Assembly (NCBI GenBank): GCA_965215015.1
Contig: OZ244042.1
Location: forward strand, 4,128,001 to 4,192,000
DNA length: 64,000 bases
Direction: 5' to 3'
From: Candidatus Poribacteria bacterium
Lineage (GTDB): Bacteria > Poribacteria > WGA-4E > PCPOR2b
Shown here piece after piece: positions 57,668-64,000 of the stretch. A program made the position numbers and the translations under genes. The notes under the pieces are model-generated. The model saw only the letters and a list, made by a program, of their open reading frames with translations, ran no database searches and was not told the DNA's origin. Within the stretch, counting starts at the first letter, position 1. Each line of letters begins with the position of its first letter.

Positions 57668-59152
57668 ATGGGAACAACACAGGATTTTTTGGCGTTCGAT
57701 CTCGGAGCAGAAAGCGGGCGTGGTGTCTTGGGATATTTCGATGGAGAACAACTCACACTGGAAGAAATCCATCGATTCCCAAATGGTGGCGTCCGTGTAT
57801 TGGATAGCCTACATTGGGATGTTTTGCGCCTCTGGAACGAGATGAAGACCGCCTTCTCAATTTGTGGGCAGAAAAGTATAGACCTCAGCGGTATCGGGAT
57901 TGATACATGGGGCGTAGATTTCGCATTACTCGGTAAAGGTGATGTACTGCTCGGATTCCCGTATCACTATCGCGATTCGCGCACCAATGGTATGTTGGAA
58001 GAAGCTTTCTGCCGTTTGCCTCGGACAACCCTCTTTGAGCGAAGTGGTTGTCAGTTTCTTCAGATTAACACGCTCTATCAGTTATTGTCAATGGTTATCC
58101 ACAGATCTCCGCTGCTTGACGTTGCAGAGACGTTTCTGATGATTCCGGATCTTTTCAACTTCTGGTTGACGGGGCAGAAGGTCTGTGAATTTACTGACGC
58201 GACGACGACACAGTTCTATGATCTACGAAGAAAGGGTTGGTCAAAAGAGATTTGCGATGCACTCGGTTTGCCATCTGAAATCCTGCCAGCGATTGTGGAA
58301 CCGGGGGCACAGCTTGGTACGTTGCTGCCTTCTGTTGCATCGGAAACGGAATTGCCTGAAATCCCGGTGATTGCCCCGGCTTGCCACGACACCGGCTCAG
58401 CTGTCGCCGCAGTACCGGCGCACGGCGAAGATTGGGCGTATATTAGCTCCGGCACATGGTCACTAGTAGGAATTGAGGTTCCTGAACCCATCATCACCCG
58501 TCAGGCCCTTGAACTCAATTTTACGAATGAAGGTGGGGTGGAGAACACATTCCGCTTCCTTAAAAATATCATGGGCCTCTGGCTCGTGCAGGAGTGTCGA
58601 CGGACATGGGCGCAAGCAGGCAATGAGATGTCCTATGCTCAGATGATCCGACTCGCTGAAAAGGCAAAGCCCTTCACCGGTCTGATTGATCCGGATGACG
58701 ATGCGTTTTTGCCCCCCGGCGATATGCCATCACGCATCGTTGATTACTGCAAACGCACGGAACAAAACCCACCATCAAACACAGGAGAGATTCTCCGGTG
58801 CGCGTTGGAAAGTCTCGCCCTCAAATATCGGTGGGCTCTAGAAAAATTGGAGGCCGTCCGCGGACGGTCAATTGATGTTATCCATATTGTCGGTGGAGGA
58901 GCGCAGAATCAAACACTTTGTCAGTTTACTGCAGATGCGACCGGAACACTGGTCATCGCGGGCCCTGTTGAGGCAACAGCACTTGGAAACATCGCAGTCC
59001 AAGCAATCGCATGTAGATTAATCGGATCCATTGCTGAGGCGCGGGAAGTTATCCGCCAATCTTTCAATGGTATTACATATGAACCGCAGCGATCCGCGAG
59101 ATGGGATGAAGCCTACGCACAATTTCTGAAGATAACAGGGCTGCCCTCTTAA
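57668..59152 (+). CDS. rhaB: Rhamnulokinase (FGGY family)
   Basis: AFDLGAESGR, GIDTWGVD, HDTGSA, SSGTWSL, FTNEGG, KNIMGLW. Confidence 0.88.
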   Translation: MGTTQDFLAFDLGAESGRGVLGYFDGEQLTLEEIHRFPNGGVRVLDSLHWDVLRLWNEMKTAFSICGQKSIDLSGIGIDTWGVDFALLGKGDVLLGFPYHYRDSRTNGMLEEAFCRLPRTTLFERSGCQFLQINTLYQLLSMVIHRSPLLDVAETFLMIPDLFNFWLTGQKVCEFTDATTTQFYDLRRKGWSKEICDALGLPSEILPAIVEPGAQLGTLLPSVASETELPEIPVIAPACHDTGSAVAAVPAHGEDWAYISSGTWSLVGIEVPEPIITRQALELNFTNEGGVENTFRFLKNIMGLWLVQECRRTWAQAGNEMSYAQMIRLAEKAKPFTGLIDPDDDAFLPPGDMPSRIVDYCKRTEQNPPSNTGEILRCALESLALKYRWALEKLEAVRGRSIDVIHIVGGGAQNQTLCQFTADATGTLVIAGPVEATALGNIAVQAIACRLIGSIAEAREVIRQSFNGITYEPQRSARWDEAYAQFLKITGLPS

Positions 59153-59194
59153 TTGTATTTTCACAATCTGATTAAGCAAAAGGAGAGACACTTC

Positions 59195-60010
59195 ATGCTG
59201 ACTGAAGAAGAAAAATGGTGGTTTGACCTGCACGGCTATCTGGTACTCAAGGGTGCCGTCCCGCAGGCAGACGTAAAACGAATGGTCGAATTGTGCGATA
59301 CTTGGCATGCCCTTGATGATAGTGAATTGCCCCCACCGTTAAAGAGCTATCATGATGTGAACACCAAACCGACTACACCGCGCTCAATCAATAACGTTCC
59401 GTATGCGGACGAAGTTTTTCAGCGGCTGGTTCTCAATCGGGAGATTATGCGAGTGGTGCTTGCACTGACAGGGAACTCCCCTCAGTTGCTTTCGGTTGCA
59501 CTCACACGAAACACCAAGGAATCCGACGACCTCCAGTTTCACGGTGGTTTCTCCGGCGGGCTCCGCAATCCGGCGAACGATTACCAAGCCGCCCATGGAG
59601 AGGTCTTTGCAACTTTTCTTAACGCTGGTGTTTCACTGGTGGATGTGCCAGCCGGTACGGGGTTTGTGTGCATTCCCGGCAGCCATAAATCTAATTTTCC
59701 CAAGCCCGATTATATAAATATCTACAACGACCCGCCGACCGTTGCAAATGTCAGTGTGAACGCGGGGGATGTAGTTCTGTTTACAGAGGCACTCTGTCAT
59801 GGCGCACGGTGCTGGACGCTCGACACCCCGCGTCGCACTGTCTTCGTCCGTTACGGGACGTCCTATGCCTCTTGGTCGCCCGGATATGGCCCTATTGAGG
59901 AACATCGAGACAAATTGTCAGAAGATGTTTATGAACTACTCCAAATGGCAGGCTTCCAACATCGAAAACGGGTCGTGACCCGATTGCTTGCAGAGATAGG
60001 CGACCAATAG
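59195..60010 (+). CDS. PhyH-family Fe/2OG enzyme with HxG motif
   Basis: FDLHGYL, FHGG, IPGSHKSN, LCHG, RRTVF; ATG at 59195 has an AGGAG RBS. Confidence 0.85.
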   Translation: MLTEEEKWWFDLHGYLVLKGAVPQADVKRMVELCDTWHALDDSELPPPLKSYHDVNTKPTTPRSINNVPYADEVFQRLVLNREIMRVVLALTGNSPQLLSVALTRNTKESDDLQFHGGFSGGLRNPANDYQAAHGEVFATFLNAGVSLVDVPAGTGFVCIPGSHKSNFPKPDYINIYNDPPTVANVSVNAGDVVLFTEALCHGARCWTLDTPRRTVFVRYGTSYASWSPGYGPIEEHRDKLSEDVYELLQMAGFQHRKRVVTRLLAEIGDQ

Positions 60011-60045
60011 TTGGTTGCTCTAATCGTTGGAGGCGGGTTGAATCA

Positions 60046-60729
60046 ATGTCCCCTCAAATGCTACTCCAGCAGATTAAAAATCGTTATCCCGTTGCAGAAA
60101 AGACTATCCCACTGATAACCCACCAAATCCGCATGGCGATAATCGATGATCCGGATCGGTTGCTTGATGCCTTGAGTAAGGAAGATCAGTGTGGGACGCT
60201 TCACCTTCCCTATTGGACTTACTTATGGCCCTCTGCAATCGGTCTGGCACGATATCTTGACCTAAGTCATGGATTTGCGGGGAAAAGGATTTTAGAGATT
60301 GGTTGTGGGTTAGGGCTTGCTGGGATTGTAGCATGTCAAAAGGGCGGCCTCGTTCTGTTCACAGACTATGAACCGGACACACTCGCTTTTGCTCGATATA
60401 ATGCTTTACAAAACAGGTGTGCGGATCGAGCCTCCTTTGTGCAAATGGACTGGAACACCCCCTGCTTGAAAGGCAAATTTTCACGCATCCTCGCCTCAGA
60501 TGTCATCTACGAAGACACACATTGGAATCCAATTCTGGCACTGCTTCAAACGCATCTTACCCCTGATGGGGAGGCCATCTTTTCCGAGCCTAATCGAACC
60601 AGTGCCTCTGGCTTCCTTAACCGAATCAGTCGTTATGGGTTTACATACACGAAACAGACCGATGACGTTGTTGGGTTGGACGGGGTAGTTTTCAAAATCT
60701 CCATCTATTGTGTCAGGCGAAACAGATAA
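60046..60729 (+). CDS. Class I SAM-dependent methyltransferase (protein lysine MTase-like)
   Basis: PYWTYLWPSA, LEIGCGLGL, TDY, ASDVIY. Confidence 0.88.
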   Translation: MSPQMLLQQIKNRYPVAEKTIPLITHQIRMAIIDDPDRLLDALSKEDQCGTLHLPYWTYLWPSAIGLARYLDLSHGFAGKRILEIGCGLGLAGIVACQKGGLVLFTDYEPDTLAFARYNALQNRCADRASFVQMDWNTPCLKGKFSRILASDVIYEDTHWNPILALLQTHLTPDGEAIFSEPNRTSASGFLNRISRYGFTYTKQTDDVVGLDGVVFKISIYCVRRNR

Positions 60730-60794
60730 GGGTGCCCCCCCTACACGAAAAGGTTCAGAGGTTCATTCGTGAACCAATACACTGCTATCTATAC

Positions 60795-61043
60795 TCACTC
60801 AACCACTTCGTAACGCACATCAATATTAATCCTGTCCTCTAGTGCTTCCGTGAGCACTGTGAGCAATTCCTCATCACAGCCATTTTCTGCCAGAAAACTC
60901 AGGGCGTCTGGATCGATGTAATAATCCAGATCTTCGATACCTCCCTCCTCGAAGTTATCGATGAGAAACTGCACCTGATCTTCGGTAATAATCCCAATCT
61001 CGTCGCCGTGCTCGATATCCATCAGTCGATACATTTGGTCCAT
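60795..61043 (-). CDS. Small acidic conserved hypothetical protein
   Basis: GIITEDQVQFLIDNFEE..EDLDYYID; starts just after the sulfatase stop. Confidence 0.65.
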   Translation of the reverse strand: MDQMYRLMDIEHGDEIGIITEDQVQFLIDNFEEGGIEDLDYYIDPDALSFLAENGCDEELLTVLTEALEDRINIDVRYEVVE

Positions 61044-61059
61044 GATAATCTCCGAAGGC

Positions 61060-62553
61060 TTATTGGGGATAGGCGGCAAGATGTGCGCCCGGAGTCCCAT
61101 GCTGATAATCCCCATCACAGGCATTGAGCAGCCATTTACTCAGTCTATCAACGATTTCCGGATGCGCTGCAGCAATGTCATTCTCCTCCCGGTAATCCTG
61201 ATTCAGATTATATAGCTGAAAACGGCCCTCGCTGTTGATATAGCGCAATTTCCAATTGTCCGCTGTCACCAAAGCAGGACCTAGTCCAGAGGCATATACA
61301 ATGAACGGATGGGACTGTTGCTCCTCATCCCTCCCAAGTAATGTCGGTAAGAACGAAATTCCATCTTTGCCTTGAGGCAACTCCGCGCCAATGAGTTCGG
61401 CAAGCGTCGGCATGAAATCATAGTTTGTGAGGATATGGCTCGACAGACTACCGGGGTCAATCTTACCAGGCAAGCGGACAAGGTAAGGAATTCGAGTTCC
61501 CCCCTCCCAACTCGACCACTTCAAGCCAGCCATGCTGTCATTACCATTGAACACATCACCGCCCGTTTCAGAGTAAAACTTCGTTCTGATGTTATCAAAC
61601 GTCTCACCGTTCAGATTCTCTGTCCTTCCAGCAGTCCGCCCTTCTTGGATTGCATACACCTCATGCCCGTTATCCGAACAAAGCACAATCATCGTTCGAT
61701 CATCAATTCCCAACCGTTCGATCTCGTCCAAGACAATTCCAACGGTTTCATCGAGTTTGAGAATCATCGAAGCATATTCCTTTTCATATTCTGTCAGGTT
61801 TGGATTCTGCTTTACAGCTGGATGAATCTCAGGGATGGCGATGGGACCATGCGGCAATTGGGAGGGGTGATATAGAAAAAAAGGTTGATCCTTGTGCTTG
61901 CGAAGGAAGGCGATAATTTTTTCGTTGAAAACATCTTGAGAATACACCGCCTTGCCCTTCCGATTCGAGCGAATCGCTGCATTTTCAGGTGACTCTCCAT
62001 CCAGATGCACCCCACAGTCAGCCCGCGTATTGCCACGGATGTAAGCTAGCTCCCCATTCTCAAAGAGAAAGGGCGGATAAAAACCGTGACAACGCGCATG
62101 ATCATACCATCCATAATGATAGTCCCAACCATGGCGACGGATTCGGTCTCCTGTCGTATCGAATCCCCACTCTAGCTTGCCAATCTGTCCCGTCACGTAG
62201 CCTGCCTCTTGGGCAATCTGAGCGAGAAATACCTCATCGGGTCTTGCTTGGAGACCGGTTGTGTGGATCAGCTCCGTAATTTGCGCCAGTGCCATCTCAC
62301 CTGTGCTGAGTCTGTGATAGATGTTGCCTTGAGTATATGTCCAAGTACCCCGGTGGCAATCGTGGAGTCCTGTCATCATGCTCGCACGGGACGGCGCACA
62401 GAACGCACAACCGTAGGCTTGCCTAAATCGCATACCCTCACTAGCAAGACGGTCAATATTCGGCGTCTCAAAGTGCTGCTGTCCATAGCAACTGAGCATC
62501 CCGCGTCCGAGGTCATCGCCGTAGATGAAAATGACATTTGGCTTGTCCGTCAT
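61060..62553 (-). CDS. Sulfatase (formylglycine-dependent)
   Basis: KPNVIFIYGDDLG, CAPSR, GKLEWG, SDNG, WEGGTRIP, QLYNL. Confidence 0.92.
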   Translation of the reverse strand: MTDKPNVIFIYGDDLGRGMLSCYGQQHFETPNIDRLASEGMRFRQAYGCAFCAPSRASMMTGLHDCHRGTWTYTQGNIYHRLSTGEMALAQITELIHTTGLQARPDEVFLAQIAQEAGYVTGQIGKLEWGFDTTGDRIRRHGWDYHYGWYDHARCHGFYPPFLFENGELAYIRGNTRADCGVHLDGESPENAAIRSNRKGKAVYSQDVFNEKIIAFLRKHKDQPFFLYHPSQLPHGPIAIPEIHPAVKQNPNLTEYEKEYASMILKLDETVGIVLDEIERLGIDDRTMIVLCSDNGHEVYAIQEGRTAGRTENLNGETFDNIRTKFYSETGGDVFNGNDSMAGLKWSSWEGGTRIPYLVRLPGKIDPGSLSSHILTNYDFMPTLAELIGAELPQGKDGISFLPTLLGRDEEQQSHPFIVYASGLGPALVTADNWKLRYINSEGRFQLYNLNQDYREENDIAAAHPEIVDRLSKWLLNACDGDYQHGTPGAHLAAYPQ

Positions 62554-62600
62554 ATCCGGCGTCTCCTTTCTGAAAGTAGTAGACATATTGCTTTGAATCT

Positions 62601-62668
62601 CCCGACCAATCGGGATTCCTCCGATTTATCGGAGTCCCTCGGAACGGAACCGATCTTATCGGGGCTCC
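62601..62668. repeat. Cluster of CCGAT..ATCGG palindromes with TCGGAACGGA
   Basis: CCCGACCAATCGGG, CTCCGATTTATCGGAG, CCGATCTTATCGG; related to 22820-22865. Confidence 0.65.
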
Positions 62669-62786
62669 GTATGCTGTCACCCTTGTGCAAATTAGGGCAG
62701 CATACCTACTACAATATAAATCGCTTACCCTGTGAAGGCTAAATGAACCAATGAACTAGTTGTTTTTACGCTTCACGCTTCGCTAT

Positions 62787-63596
62787 TTATGTCCAACGAG
62801 TCACCATCTCGGTGCGTGGGTCTTCACCGCTACCAATCTCCTCATGACGAAACAGTTGTTTGGCGCGATCTGAAAGTGAATCGTAGATGTCCTTTTGAAT
62901 CCCAATTTGCGGGTACATTGTCTTGAACCATGACCGTGCATACATCAGGGCGATGTTCGGACGTGGCTCGTCAGAGACGTTAGGTGTACCGCGATGCCAC
63001 ATTCGCGCATCTCGAATGAGCAGAGATCCCGCCGGCATGAGGACCGGCTCTGAGTGCATGATTTTTGATATACTTTCGATATCAATTCCACTCGGCATCA
63101 GATGGGTGCCGCCGGGCCAAATCTCCATCGCCCCGTTCTCCTTACGAAACTCAACCAATGGAATGTCCAAAACAATACAGTAAACCGGTGATGGAGCGTC
63201 TATCTCTGGAAACAGTTGATGAATGTCGGAGTGTGTAGGTTGATAGTCCGATCCCGGAAGCGGCGTATTATTTCCTAGATAATGACAGATACAGTTTTCC
63301 CCTAGTAATGAATCAATCACTGAAAGAACAATTGGATGGCTTATGACATCTGGATGATTAAACGGTGCTCGAAATGGCAAGTGCATCTGCCACCGTTTGG
63401 CTCCACGGTTGGGTGGGTTTTTAGCCATATTTTCATTCAAAAGTTCCATATAGTGTGCGCGAAGTTCATCAACCAGATTTGGAGAAAGAACCGACTCGAA
63501 AACAACGTAGCCGTTCATTTTGATCTGCTGGATCGCAGCATCAAGTATCTCCGCATTCAGGATTTTCGTTTCACGTTCTTCAGTGCTTAGTTTCAT
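62787..63596 (-). CDS. PhyH-family dioxygenase
   Basis: NGYVV, QPTHSD, WPGGTH, WHRGTPN.SD.PR. Confidence 0.9.
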   Translation of the reverse strand: MKLSTEERETKILNAEILDAAIQQIKMNGYVVFESVLSPNLVDELRAHYMELLNENMAKNPPNRGAKRWQMHLPFRAPFNHPDVISHPIVLSVIDSLLGENCICHYLGNNTPLPGSDYQPTHSDIHQLFPEIDAPSPVYCIVLDIPLVEFRKENGAMEIWPGGTHLMPSGIDIESISKIMHSEPVLMPAGSLLIRDARMWHRGTPNVSDEPRPNIALMYARSWFKTMYPQIGIQKDIYDSLSDRAKQLFRHEEIGSGEDPRTEMVTRWT

Positions 63597-63652
63597 TGAG
63601 TCTCCTCTACAAACTATAGTTGCTGAAAAATGACGAGTTGCTTAACCTCAAT

Positions 63653-64000
63653 TCAGAGGCTAAAATCGGAGGGGCGCATTCCGCTTTTGAAAGTACCGAA
63701 ACCGAAGAAGGTCGGGTTATACTCGTCCACATAATCAACTTCGGTCTTGTCAGGAATCTGGTCTTCCAGTCCCATGCACCAGTAACAGGCGTTCACCAAC
63801 AGACGCCGCAAGCCCGCGTTTTCTATGTCTACTGAGGCTCCCATGGTGGTGCAGAATACGCGCGATGCTGTTCCTTGCTTAATCCACGCCAGCGGCATGG
63901 TAGGCGTGTCAGGCTTGGGCGGATCAGATGGTTCCATCCCGACAAGCACCTGACCGTGGACAAGCACTTGCGAATCACCCGTCAAGGTTGTGGTGCCATA
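63653..64000 (-). CDS. C-terminal part of a ThuA-like (class I GATase-fold) protein; 5' end outside the window
   Basis: MPLAW, RVFCTTMGAS.D, RRLLVNACYW. Confidence 0.7.
   Translation of the reverse strand, partial: YGTTTLTGDSQVLVHGQVLVGMEPSDPPKPDTPTMPLAWIKQGTASRVFCTTMGASVDIENAGLRRLLVNACYWCMGLEDQIPDKTEVDYVDEYNPTFFGFGTFKSGMRPSDFSL

Noticed and set aside
597-63835. Numerous 60-210 aa ORFs antisense to or nested in the called genes
   Set aside because: Shadow ORFs of well-supported CDSs with no family motifs.

Overview
A chromosomal segment from a diderm (lipid A-making) bacterium. Several traits suggest Candidatus Poribacteria or a relative (inference): four PhyH-family dioxygenases, three Gfo/Idh/MocA oxidoreductases, a sulfatase, a Kelch protein ending in KLATIWGQLK, and an archaeal-type pantoate kinase/phosphopantothenate synthetase pair. 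Core genes include tamB, an Omp85 with about 7 POTRA domains, ribD, archease, rnj, dusB, tsaD/tsaC, ruvX, mltG, lpxC-fabZ, lpxA, lpxI, accA (frameshifted in a G8 run), ftsY and rhaB, mixed with sugar/acid catabolic genes. The most notable items are: (1) an intact tyrosine recombinase plus a ribbon-helix-helix gene next to a palindromic dif-like core site (12-6-12) with helically phased accessory half-sites, then a ~950-bp two-ORF module closed by a second core site with a different spacer, resembling a gene-cassette system; (2) a four-gene uncharacterised membrane operon (DUF6754-type) behind a perfect sigma70 promoter; (3) the archaeal CoA-precursor pair flanked by identical 24-bp direct repeats; (4) a MITE family with 8-bp target duplications and unrelated interiors, a palindromic repeat in frame in a lipoprotein signal peptide, a collapsed hicAB remnant, and a PhyH enzyme with an HxG (halogenase-like) motif. 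No rRNA, tRNA or CRISPR array was seen. All calls are by eye, without database searches.
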